A program made the position numbers and the translations under genes. The notes under the pieces were generated by a model that saw only the letters and a program-made list of their open reading frames with translations, was not told where the DNA came from and did no database searches. A stretch of DNA of 64,000 nucleotides from Geosiphon pyriformis uo1. Lineage: Eukaryota; Fungi; Glomeromycota. The stretch covers positions 372,001-436,000 of the forward strand of contig JAAOMT010000468.1 of assembly GCA_016748015.1 (NCBI GenBank), read 5' to 3'. Of this stretch, positions 37,101 through 50,225 are shown one piece after another. How positions within the stretch are numbered: position 1 is the first letter of the stretch; the number at the start of each line of letters is the position of its first letter.

Positions 37101-38922
37101 TACATGCCAAAGAGATCCTATTAGAAAGAATTTTGGAAAGAATTTTTTGAGCTGTCTCAATTAGAGCAATAGGATGAGTGTTTGTGAGCACACCCTCCTA
37201 TTTATAAGGTTTGAGAATCATCAACACCCAGGCTTCCTTCCAAGCACTGGGCACAAACTCATCACAAAGACAAAAATTAATGAGCACCAAGAGCATATCA
37301 AGTACAGATTTGTTACAGTGCTTCCAAAGTTCATTGGAGATGTTTGAGAGACCAGCAGTCTTTCTGTTAGGTAGGTTAGAGACCACGCCAGACATTTCAT
37401 CAAAACTAACACAGCTCATCACATCTGAAAAAGCACTATCAAATATGTAATCCAAAGGCCGATATTGGCAAGACCAATTTCCCAGAATATTAAGAACCAC
37501 TCCACGTTTATGAGTTCACCCGTCCATAATCTCATCTACTTTTTTTTTAACAGGATCAGGTTCCAAATACAGCTCATCACCAACAACCAAATGATCCAAA
37601 ACCACCTTGCAGAAAGACTTCTCCAAGACACTTCTAATAGTATGACTCTTGTTAGATTCAAAGCTCTCCATCCTTTTATCAATAGCAGATCTGATTTGTG
37701 AATCTTTAGCACATTTTGATTCCAACAACTTTAAGGCACAATAAGACTTCCTGGCTTTGGACAGAGTTGAACGAATGTCATCAAAAGGAGACCTTGAGAG
37801 AAAAAGAGACCTCACTACAATAGCACTGGCAGAATCAAGTGATTTCCAAGTATCAAGCAGCAATATGAACACATCACAATCAACAAAACGGGAAGCCTTG
37901 ACCAACTTGAACATCAAAAGTTCTAACCTATGGAACCTGGACAAATGCTTAGTGAAAATGCCATCATAATCTTTAAACCATTTTTTCCTGAAAACTTCAC
38001 TCGCCGAAAAGCTCATTGTTTTCCAAACAGCATCCCACATCACATTCAAATCCAACAGTTCCCTGGCAGCCAAGAAATCATCAGAAAACATGGCAGCATT
38101 CACTGCTGTGGCCTCTCTGAATCTCAACCACAAGACAACACCAGCATTCTTAAAATTGTACTTCCAATGATCCCTATTGGCCTGCTTGCAAACAGAACAC
38201 AAATGTGTATTCAAGAGACCACCTAAACCAATTGACGCAGAGATGGCATGATGGTCAGTATCAAAGAAATCGGACACATCCAGAACATTATGATCTACAA
38301 TAGCATTGACCAAATTGGGAGACACAAAAAAATAATCAATTGTTTTTGTCACACCCCGGGAATTACTCCATGTTGGAACTTTCACAAACAGACTACTGAC
38401 CAAAGAGTTGACCAGATCCAAGCTACCACACTTTCTGAAACTGGTGCTTCTATGCAAACCATCTTCATTGAAATCACCACCTAAGACCACAAAGGATGAT
38501 TCATTTACAGCACTAGTGATCAAAGCATTCACGTCATCGGCCTGAGAAAAGCACACCAAAGCCGACGTGCCAGCATACAGACCCAAAATAGAAACTGAGA
38601 GTTTATTCCTAAAAAGCAACTTGACAGAAATAAGATGACCAGGGACCTCAGAAACTTTGCACATGTGCTTGGCCAGAGAATTGTTTATAACAATCACCAC
38701 CCCAGAACCAAGATGACCAGAATTCAAACCAGAAATAAAGACCCGAACACCATCGAATTTGTTAGCAATCCAAGGCTGAACCTTGTCTTTTAACTTCGTT
38801 TTAATAACAATTGAAACTAAATTGTTCCTATCCCTGTGCCAACGTATAATGTCCTCTTGCTTTGCTAAATTGTTCATTCCCCTGACATTACACGTGGCTA
38901 TTTTCCATACTAAATCATTCAT
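34196..38922 (-). pseudogene. LINE C ORF2 (APE-RT-RNase H-zinc finger)
   Basis: Fragments 37516-38922, 37198-37500, 36844-37191, 35344-36840, 34920-35369, 34677-34904 and 34164-34631. Confidence 0.93.
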
Positions 38923-40805
38923 TGAGGTACAAAAGAGACTGCAGAACCTGAGCCAGCACACATCTGATCTAACTTTCCCAATACCAAACAAACCGAAGCT
39001 TTGAGAGCTGCCAACTTTGACTCCAAGCACCCCACTTTTGAAGTCAGAATTTTTGAACTACTCAAACCCAAACTTGAGGCACCAGAGGAAACCGAAAAAT
39101 GAAAAATAACCACAGAATCAGGTTCATCCAAAACCATATCCGAACCAAATTTCATATCAACCGAACCAGAGGCAACCAAGAGCTGAGAAGAGAAGGCAAG
39201 AGCCAAGGGCACCAAGCTTAAACTGTCAAGTTTGTCAATGATACTAGACACTTTATCCATGAGAAGTTCCAAAGAGCGCTTCAAAAAAGTGAGACGAGTT
39301 TCCAAAATTGAACTAACAGGACCTGCAAGAGACGAGTGACCAACCAAATCTGAGGTGCCAGGAGAAGAGCCAAAACCAGGACCAGAGCCAAAGTAAGGAC
39401 TATTAGACGAAGATGCTAAAGAGACAACCTGGGCCCATGACTTGCTGCTAAATGCAGCCAGTCTGGAAATAGGCACACTCTTTTTCGCATATAGCTTAGC
39501 CAACTGGAGGTGGTTCTCATTAGAGACAACCTTTTTAAATGACTTGGAAAGTTTAGGAGAATATAAGATCTCAGCATCACACTCCAAAACAGAATGACCA
39601 TGTTTCCCACACTGTTCACACTGAACCAGGTCCAATCTAGCCCAAGAAAGTTTCACCCCACCAAAAACAGACTCTGTATGAAATGCAGACTCCAAATCCT
39701 TGTTATTCTTAAAACAAACCACAGCACAACGAACCCTATTACCAGTGTCTAAGGATTGATTTATGACACAAGTTTTCCCACCAGCTCCTGCCAAAAAATC
39801 ACCAAAATCATAAGCCATTGTTCCCACCAGCAAAGTAAACAAAAGTGCCCTATACCAATCTCTAGATGCCCACATCTCACGATCTTTTATAGCTTTGGCC
39901 ACTCACACAGAATCTTTTCCAATTAAAAATGACTATTTAGCTACCAACTGATCTGCCTGACTTGATTCGGCAAACTCCACTACAGCCTTCTGCCATAGCC
40001 CAATTAACTGAATTTTGATAGACACAATCTGACCATACTTGGATACTGCAGCGATGATCATCTCTTTTGGCATGTCCATGGGAATTTCTTTTATCACCAC
40101 AGCCTAATCTGAACACACTCCCTGTCTCTTGAGATCAGTGTTTACGATGATCCCATTATCTCCAGCCAATGATGCAGCTTTTTTCATGCTTTCTTTTGAT
40201 GTGAATGTAGATCTGATGATCCCTTCAAATTTTGAGAGGGTAGTGGCCCTCCCAAAACCATTGATTTTTGAGAAAATTTTTCTTATGAGCTGAGTCTTCG
40301 CTATTACTGATTTGTCTTTCACATTTGATATATTAATATCCAAAGTGAATAATTTCTTAACTGCTATTTCAACTTGAGTCTTAATAATTTTAGGGTCTAA
40401 CCAAATCCTGTCCAGAGAGATACCAAGAGGAGGAAGGAGGGGACCACTATTATCATTGTCCATGTTGTAATCCAAAAAACTAAGAGGGAAACCGCAGTCC
40501 AAATTATTCTTAACCCTCTTTGCCTTAGGAGTCATTGCAGCCAAGCCGAGAAGAGAACCACCACCACTACCAGCCAATATGTTACCAGCAACACTGTCAC
40601 CAGAATCACTTTCCATATCTGAGTATTGACTTTCTTCAGAACGAGGTTTGGCCAAAGCAGCTTCTTTCTTATTACCAGACTGATTCATATGGCAAAGGGA
40701 AACTCTTTTCTTTTGAGAGGAAGGGCCACCAGTAAAACCAGAAAAAGCACCAACAGGAGCTTTCTTATCCAACATACTACTGCCGGGAGCAGCTTCCAGG
40801 TCCAC
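38919..40805 (-). pseudogene. LINE C ORF1
   Basis: Fragments 40104-40805 and 38919-39902; knuckle CEQCGKHGHSVLEC; ends VPQ*. Confidence 0.9.
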
Positions 40806-42119
40806 AACAAATAGATTATTTGTAAGAAAAATAGTGAAATATAGCTAGTAGAAAAAACAAAAAACAAAGAAATTACTTTCAAAAACATGCTCAATGGGGA
40901 ATTTAAGATGTAGGAGAGAAAGAAGTTTTGAAATTATTCTTTTAAAAAATTTAGTTAATAAATAATACAAATAAGTTTTTTAATATTTTAAGTTGTGATA
41001 ATTTGGTTTTTAATATTTTTTTTTGATTAAAAATTTTTGTAAATATTTATTTTAAAAGTAAAAAATAAAAGATAATTAAAATAGAACTGTTGAATAAATT
41101 GTTTAATAAATTGTTTTATAACTTATTGTTTTTTTTAATATTAAAGCTACTATATATATATATGTTTGTAGTTTTATAAAAAAAATATTACAATACTTTT
41201 TTTTAATATTTTAATCTGGTGTTTATTGTTATTACCAATTAGTATTGACTATTATTACAAGTTAGTGCTTATTACTATTGCAAAATAATATTTGCTATTA
41301 TATTAATTATTATTTTTCTAAGATTATTATTGTGTTATATTATAATTGAATAATTTATAATTTTTTTGCTAATTTTTTAAATTATAACAATGATTTAACT
41401 ATTATCTAAAAATTAAAAAAAACTAAGTATTTTAGTACTAAATGTAATTTATATGTTTTTTTATATAATTAACTACTTAAATCAGTTTATGCTATATTAT
41501 ATTAATATTCTAAAAGAAAACTTATTTAAAAAACAATTTTAAACAATATAGCATTATTATTAATTATTATAACCAGCTATTTAATAGTTTTTAATGTATT
41601 AGTTTTTATAATAAAAGATTTATGTTTTTAAAGCAACATTAAATTAAAAAATATATTATTATCTACTACAAATAAACCTACTTGAAAACTAGCTATGTTA
41701 ATATTTTTATAGTCATATTCAGTTTTTAACACAATTATTTTATGCTTTAGCTTATTAATAGCTTTATTAAAAGCATTTATATATATTAAAACTTTATTTA
41801 AAACCAAATTACCATTAACAAATTGTTTAAACACAATAATTAGAAAATTAACAAACTTAAAGATAGATTTAACTAATACAGAGTTTGGCCAAATTAGCTT
41901 TTAAAAAGATCAACTAAAAGAATACCATATAATTATTGGCTATTATATTAGCAAAAAAGGCAGAATTAACCAAAAAACCAAAATTAAAAAAAGCACAAAA
42001 ACAATAGTTTTGGCATAAAACTTAATACCAATAAAACAAAGTATAAAAGTCTTGAAAATTTAAAAAAAAAAGATGAAAATACTTTATAATTAACAGCCAA
42101 ATAATTTAAGTTTTAATAC

Positions 42120-43177
42120 TATTATTAAAGATTTTTAGTCTTTTTTTTTGAATGTTTTTATTGTTACTTTGTTGTTAATTTTTGATTATTAAAAGCTATT
42201 AAATCTTTAATAACTGAATTTATCTTTAAATTATCTCTTATAATTTGAATTACTAGACTTATAAATAAAATAGCCAATTTTATACCAGTTACTTATATAT
42301 TTACTTTGTAGTAAAAGTCAACTTTTTCTTAAAAATTTATTTGGAAACTCACTAAAAATGTGTAATTATTTTGCTATAAAAGTTAACTTTTTTTTAGAAA
42401 TTATTTATTTGGAAGCTCACTAAAAATGTGTAGTTATTTTGTTATAAAAATCAACTCTTCTATAGAAATTTTATCTATAGACTACTCTAATATATATAAT
42501 AAAAAAAGTAAAAATAAATAAAAGAAATGTAAAAGAAAAAAAATTTTATTAAGAAAATTGTCTTTTATTTAAGTCTGGAGTTACTAATAAATTAATAAAA
42601 TTAGTAGCTAATTAATTTTAAAACATTAATTAAAATTTGGAAAATTTCAAATACAATTAATTGATAAAGTTGTGTTTTTTAAGTGTTTGATTTTTATTTG
42701 ATTTGTACTAAGAAATCTGTTTTAAGAAAAATAATTCTAAAATATGAAAAAATATTTTTAATTAAAATAAGATATATTTTTTCAAAAAAAAAAGCTTTTC
42801 TTTTATACAATTTGTCATAGTACTAATCTATGAACTTGAACTTTTTTTTTGCTATAATTTTAATAAATTAAAAATATATTTTGATGAACTACAAATTATT
42901 TTTATGAATTATAAATTATTTTGGTAAATTATTTATTATTTTAGCAAATTTCTATAAATTTCAGCAAATTTTTGAATATTATATAGTTTAGAATATTGTA
43001 TAATCTAATTATCTTAATTTTTATTATACAAATTGAATTATTAATTAAATAATAATATTTAATAGTTTTAATTAAATAATAAGTAATAATTGAAATAATA
43101 ATAATATATACCAATTAATAATAGGAATTATAAAAGTAATTTCATGTTACTTAATAACTAAAATTTTACTGGTAACA
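42120..43177 (-). mobile_element. Solo-LTR-like insertion, family 1, eroded second copy (inverted relative to 2932-3905)
   Basis: Right end ...ctggtaaca equals the reverse complement of tgttaccag. Left end tattattaaagatttttagtc matches tgttaccggaggtttttggtc by transitions only. TSD ATAC/ATAT. Confidence 0.85.
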
Positions 43178-43472
43178 ATATTTAAAACAGTATTAATATT
43201 CAGAAGTTTTTTACTAAATGTAATACTTTTTTAAAGCACTAATTTAGCATCTAAATTACTTTGTAAACTAATATATATTCAAAGCAAAACAGAAACAACA
43301 ACCAAAATTAGACAAGTAAAAAATAAAACAAGTTTGACTACCAATTTAAGAAATCATATTACTGATTTTAAAAACAATACAACCAAAGAAAAAATCAATC
43401 AACTTGGTCTTAAACTTATTACAAAACAGAATAGTTTTATTCTAATTTATCAAAAAAAGATCTTAATACTAT

Positions 43473-44126
43473 TGTTACGGATTGGAGTAACAAGCTAATG
43501 GATAGCAAGGGAGAACAGTATTGTATGATGATGGAAATAAACAAAGAGGGAATTACAATAAGAGAGCAAATTGAATGAGTAAGGATTCAATGTGTGTGAT
43601 CAGTCTCATAAAAATCACAGTCACTAATCTTTTCTTAAATCTGAAGGTAGAGGAATAGTCTGTAATTGTCAACAAGATAACACTATTGCTATTATTCTAT
43701 GCCTCAACTCAGCAATTCTTAGAATTAATAACAGGTATTGTTGTGCTTTTCAATCATTTCTTTATTCAATGAATTACAAGAGCAAGCCAATTGCTTCTCA
43801 GGCTAATTCTAACAAATACAAATCAAGAAGGGGAAAAGATAAGGTATGTGAATGCCAACAAGTAGATACTTGAAGATAAGGAAAGGGAAATAAGCAATAT
43901 AAGAGAAAGTAATTGATTTTGTTTTATTTCATTACTTTTATCATGTTTTTCTACAGCTAAGGGAATCATCGCTTATATAGCTATCTAAAGTGGTCAACAA
44001 CCAGGTCAACAGTCAGGTCATTGATTAAGTCAATGATCACTATCTAAAAATAGGGTGGCTAATTATATAACATCAGTGGCTAATATATGTGATAACTAAT
44101 AAAAACTATAAATTTCAACCATAACA
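43473..44126 (-). mobile_element. Solo-LTR-like insertion, family 2 (654 bp)
   Basis: Ends TGTTACGG...CCATAACA; perfect 4-bp TSD CTAT (43469-43472 / 44127-44130). Removal restores the W1 frame (LLNKNSIKIFF). Minus-strand TATATAAG near 43975. Confidence 0.85.
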
Positions 44127-45551
44127 CTATTTTTGTTTAACAAAACTAACCAATAATTCAAAACAGATACAGCAATATTTAAATTCTTAAAGTAAATAAT
44201 TATATATTGCCAAATATTAATAAGCTTTAGCATAACATGAAAAACTTTATTAAACATACTAAAAGTTATCTTAACATTAGCAATAAACATACTTAAAAGT
44301 ATATTATATAATACAATAGTAACAAAAAAAGAATTAAACTCAGAAATTACCAAAAATTTGGCAATCTTAAGAATAATCAAACAAATAAAGCTCTTAAATT
44401 CAATTAAAAATTCAGCTTTTAAAGATTATTAAAAAACAAACTCCATATAAAAGAGCTTTATATTGTTTTTTATAATTGATTTAATATTTAAAAAACCATG
44501 CACAAACTAAAAAACAGTCTTAATATAAGCCGATTTAATCTTAAAAATAATATTAAATATTAAAATAGAGACCACTTATTCAGTAGACTTTTAAAAACTA
44601 ACAATAATTTCCTAAGCATTATTAGCAATAACACCAAAAATCAGAGAAGATAATAATAATTCAGTTTTTATTTGGTTAATTCAGTTTTTAAAAACAGATA
44701 ACTCAACAAAAAACTATAGTTTTGCTTTTAAAACTAGTAATAATATATTAAAAAACACTATATTTAATAATATAGTCAATAGTTAATTTTAACTTATCTT
44801 AGATAACATATCAGATAATACAATAGAGATTTTATCTAAGATTTTATTTAAAATTACAAAAAAGTTTAATATAACAATAGCAAAAGCAAGCAATTACTCT
44901 TGTTTTTTGAAATTTTTGGCCATTTTAGTTATTTTTAAAAAAGTAGTACAAGTAGTATTAAGTATAGCAACAATAGTTAAAAAAATTAGCTTGTTAATTG
45001 GCCTATTATTAAAAATTTTTGAGTTTTTATTAAAAGTAAAAACAACAATAAAATTAATCTAAATGTTTTTTTAAGAGAATTTTAACTAATAAAAAACCAG
45101 CCAAAAATAAAAAACCCATTTTAACAGTTATTAAAAACAGATTTTTACTATTACTATTTAAGAAAAAAGCTTCCAAGATATTTTACTTAACTGTTTCTAC
45201 AATAAAAAAATTTTATTAGTTAAAACTTTATTAGATATCTTAGAAAAAATATTAAATACAGTTTTTTTATTTTTTATTTTAATTATGGTTATAAAATTAA
45301 AGAAATAAAGAATATATATTATTAATATATATTTTATAAATAAATTATAAAAAAATTTAAAATTTTTATTTTTAAATATTTTAATACTTTTTTATTTAAA
45401 TATATTAATAAAATTTTTTTTTATTTAACAATATTTAACGAGCGTAGTCTAACTGCTATCTAGTACATAGAACCAAACTAAGAGGCTCAAACTAAATGCA
45501 GTTCACACATTTTCTATATGTGGCTAGCCACTCAGACCAGACAAAGCAACA

Positions 45552-48500
45552 CTACACACCGATATTAACACTTGGATTATCATCCAGACCAGAAAAGAAA
45601 AGGTATGATCTGTGATGGCCGAAATTAACAGCAAAAGAACCAGCAATGCCAAGCATCCTCACCATCTTATTAGGCAACAAAGAACCCAAGCAACAAGACA
45701 AACCAGAAAACAAACCATTATCCCCAACCAGACCAGCCTTCTCCATTCTCACCCTAAATGCTGACCTTGCCAACTAGACTTTAGAATGATGTAGCTCAAC
45801 TAAATGCCCAACAAAACCAACCACAGCACTGACAGCCTCCTTTCTATCATCAAAAATCTTCACTGTCTCCATACACCACTCTCTCAGCACAAACTCTTTA
45901 CACAGAACTGAATACAAATTAACATCTAAAGAACACCAACCAAGAAATTGCAAAACAGCAGAGGATGACGAGCCACGAAGACTGACCACAGATAGCCAGT
46001 CTGAAGACACCACGACCAAAACCTCCTTGCGAACCTCTACATTATGAGAACATGTGAAAACATGGTCCAGTAATTCCACTTCACAACATAGTAAGCACAG
46101 CACACCAGAGTACAATTTATTATACAACCGTTTCCTAACTGCCACAGGAAGCTGTCAGTGCACAGCCTTCATTAAATACGTGCGAAGACAAGAAGACCTC
46201 CAACTAGTAAAACCAGCAAGCATATGTAAATTGGGATGCCACACCCTAACAGTAGCATCCCAATCCACAGCCTCAATCAGCACATCAGAAATCACATTCT
46301 GGCCAGATCCTGTCTTTCATCATGCATGGCAAACAGATCTATACAAATCCCAAACAAAATAACGAGTATTGCCAGAAACTGGTGTATTCTTAGCAACCAA
46401 AAAGCACTCTCAGACACCGACAGGCAAAGATAAATGAGAAAAAACAGCATCTCCAGCAGCAGCATCAGCCTTAACATTACGATCAACTCCAGAATACCCT
46501 TTGATCTTAACCCAATATATAGAAAGATTCTTTTTGTGAACCAAATCAAAAATCTGGTGTCTCTCCAACCAATAAGAGGAGCGGAAATCAGGCACAGACA
46601 ATGACATCTCAGAAATGCATACATCAATAGCCGCTTGGCTGTCAGTATGCACGACCACAGTACAAGAAGATGGAACACACTCCAGAGACAAAGCAATGGC
46701 TTGTAGTTCAGCCATAGTAGAAGACAACAGCCCATGAATCTTAATGCCAATACTCATATCAATAGCAGAAAAGAAGGCCACTGCATCACTGGCAACATCA
46801 GCCCCACCAAAATTTTTTAACAAGCCATCCATAAAAACCTTAAACGAGTCAGACCAAACCTCATGCAACCTACTAACAACTGTAGAAAACTTCTCGGAAT
46901 CCAAAATGCTCATTCCAGAAAAACAAGTAGACTCCACAGAACCAGCCAATGAGGCACCAGCACTGCAAAAAAAATCAGACACAACTGTAAACCAGTAAAG
47001 AACAGAACCCCTTGGACTCAGTCTCTTTCAATGTTGAAAAGTCACCCAATTCATAATACACCCCTTCTTGTTAAACAATTTATTACCAAATGCCACACCA
47101 AATCGCTTCAATGAATAAACAGAATTGAAATACAAAGAACTCCTCAGGATAGAGGACACAAGAAAACTACCAGGACTACAGAAAGCGTTGGACAAGCTAT
47201 TCGACAGAGACAGCTCATTGCACAGAAAAATTTTAATCATGCCTGCCAGAAAATTGTTCACAGAGCTAACACGCAATCTAATAAGAAACTGTAAAGAATT
47301 CAAAGAAGACCATCCCAAAACCTGCAAATTGAGAAACCTGTGCTCAAACAAATGTCCAAGAACACCAGAAGAGTTGGAAAATGAAATCAAAATAGCCAAC
47401 TTCCCCTTAGACTGCATCTGTTCAAAAGACTTCAAACCATATAAAAATAGATAATACAGAGCCTCACTGAGGAAATCACAGGACAAACCAGCTTTAGATT
47501 TGAGGCTCTTCCTCAACATCACATCCCATTTGTTACATATATTTGACGAGACAAAGCTGAACTGAGTGCAATAGCTAACAATAGACTGCAAGATGGCTAA
47601 CACCAGATACGAGAACTGTTTATTAATAATAGCCTTCCTAAAAACCACATTAGCAAAGAAACAAACATCAGAATACGTCTTGGCCACACTTGGCTTTGAA
47701 AGCCCCTCAGTGGACAAAAAAATACCCAGATAACAATAAGTCTCACCCTTTTTAGCTATTGAAATAAGCAAACCACTAATACTCAAAGAAGCAATTTTAA
47801 CACCTTGATTGATTGGAATGGTCACAGTTTTTTCATTGTTGATAAAGATGTCATTGACAACAAAAAACTCACTTGCAATGTCCAAAATATTCTGAGTAGC
47901 AGCTTGACAGTTTCCAACCCAAATTGTATTATCAACAAAAACACCAGTTGCAAAATAGGAAGACAACCTACCACTGCCCTCAATTTGACCCAATTTCGAA
48001 ACAAACTTGGAACTTATCTAATACCCAAAAATTTGTTTATGTCTTTTAACCTTACACAGAAGTGGATCATAAAAAATTCTCCACAAAAGAGGCAAGAAAA
48101 CTTCACTCTGATCCAAACCATCACAAACACAATACTCATCAGAGAGACCAAAATCAGTCATCACCCTGTTGAATCTACTCTTATGTATACTACCAAAAAA
48201 TTTGATGAATTTGTTGCACATCTTAATTCTTCACAAACTAGTCTCCAAATGATGCCACTCAACAAAATCATATGTTTTTTACATGTCCTGCAGGACCAGC
48301 CAAAGTTTTCTATTCTTTTTGAAAGCATCTTCCACAACTGCCCCAACAGCAAACACCAGAGATTGCGTAGATGTGTTCTTTAATACTAAAAAATTGTCAC
48401 CATGGAGAACACTAAACTTACTACATGTGAAAGAAATCTGATCAGACAGAACCTTAGAGAGAATCTTCCTGGCAGTTTCAATTAGAGCAATAGGATGAGT

Positions 48501-50225
48501 GTTTGTGAGAACACCATCCCAATCATATGGCTTAGGAATCATTGACACCCAGGCTCTTTTTCAAGAAACAGGCACCCCACCAACGGACAAGCAAGCATTT
48601 AGCAAAACCAATAGACAGCTCAGAACCACCTCACTACCATGCTTCCACAGCTTATTGGGAATACCAGACAGGCCAGTGGCCTTACTGTCAGGCAGACCAC
48701 CCACCACCAGAAGCAACTCCTCTATATCTATCTTCTTCATAACACCAGAGAAGGCATCGTCCCTTATATAATTCAACGGCATGTACTGGCAAACCCAGTA
48801 TTTAAACAATGTTTGAGATATAGTGCAAACCCTTGTTCACCTTATCATGATTTTGTCTACCTTAGACTTTATTTCTTCAGGTTCTAAAACCAAGTTATCA
48901 TTAACCACTTTATGAAAAGGCCAGTCCAAAACACTCTGAATCATGTCACCTTTATTAAAAGCAAAGCTCTCCATGTGCTTTTTTATAGCCTTCCTAATAG
49001 AAGTCTCCTCAGCCAACTTCGACTTAAACATTTTTGACCTTCTATATTCTTTGCAAACCAATGACAAATGCTTGAGAAGAACAACACTGTTCTCACCCAA
49101 GATGACCAAGTCAGAAAAAGCGCAAGCCTTAGTCTTGTCCAAAGTGAATCATTTTCTCACAAGACGATCTATCCCAAGCATGTTACCAGAACCAATCTTA
49201 CTAACAATCTTGGCAACAAACAGCTCAAGCCCAAAAAACCTCGAAGAATATTTATTCCTAGAGCACTGAAATTCACTAAACCAATGTCTCGCGAACACCT
49301 TATTAGTCGACTTAACCATCCCCCTTTCCAAAATTGCCCACATAGCATCTAAATTACCACCAGCTTCGGCCTCAGAGAAAAAATCCATGACCAATAGAAG
49401 TTTATCTAAAACACAATTCTTAAACTTAATCCATTTGGCACTATCTACATCCCTAATTCTGAACTTCCAACAATTCTTTTTAGCCTGCTTGTATAAGCTA
49501 TTCAACTGAGCATTCAAGAGTCCACTCAAGCCAACTGATACCATGACAGCACTGTGATCTATGTCAAAAAATTCAGAAACAGGTCCAATTCAATACTTAG
49601 CAACAGCGGAAGACAGATTTTTATTAACAAAAATGTAATCAATAGTCTTTTCAACTTCTCTTGAATTGCACCATATAGGTGTCCCAGCCAAATGATGATC
49701 AGCAAAAGAATTGACCAAACCCAGCCCCAAGCAAAACCTAAAACTCGCACTTCTTCCAGACCCACTTTCATTAAAATCCTCACCCAACACAACGAAAGTG
49801 CTGGTATTAACTGCCTTAGCAATAATAGAATTAACCTCAAACGCCTGACTGAAACGAGTACCAGGAGAAGCACCAGTGTACAAACCAAGCACAGTTACTG
49901 AGAGCTTGCCTTTGAACAAAAGTTGCACAAAAACAATCCAACCAGGGATCTCTTCAATCTTAGAAACATAGCAAGCCAAAGAATTGTTTATGATTATAGC
50001 AACACCAGCACCAAAATAACCAACATCCAAACCAGAAGTAAAAATCCGAACCCCATCAAATTTATCCTTGATCCATGGTCCAGTAAAGGACTTCAACTTT
50101 GTTTCAGTAACAAAAGAAACCATATTCTCTGAACTCACATGCCAACAAACAACATCTGTTTGCTTTGCAGGAACATTGATACCCTGAACATTGCACTTCA
50201 CAAATTTCCAGACCAGATCACTCAT
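45552..50225 (-). pseudogene. LINE D ORF2 (APE-RT-RNase H-zinc finger)
   Basis: Fragments 49590-50225, 49149-49544, 48279-48548, 47028-47993, 46410-46982, 45774-46145 and 45552-45773. Confidence 0.93.

Larger units (their letters stand above)
34117..40925 (-). mobile_element. Full-length LINE copy C (ORF1 type Z + ORF2 type alpha), poly(A) at 34117-34127, micro-inversion in the 3' end
   Basis: ORF1 38919-40805; ORF2 fragments from 38922 to about 34200 with APE, RT (AFVDD), RNase H and CLYC..HAFSC. 5' start CTTCTTTCTC. Confidence 0.95.
41390..45312 (-). mobile_element. ORF1-only non-autonomous LINE-like element (copy W1), heavily AT-eroded, containing two nested solo-LTR-like inserts
   Basis: Reverse complement is colinear with 61819-64000 (e.g. 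44096-44380 vs 62896-63126; 41628-41834 vs 63614-63868). ORF stop at 41497-41499 is followed directly by the LINE 3' UTR. Confidence 0.8.

Noticed and set aside
40935-41389. A fifth TGTTA-starting insert interrupting the W1 3' UTR (minus strand, from about 41389)
   Set aside because: Too eroded; the matching end and TSD could not be identified.
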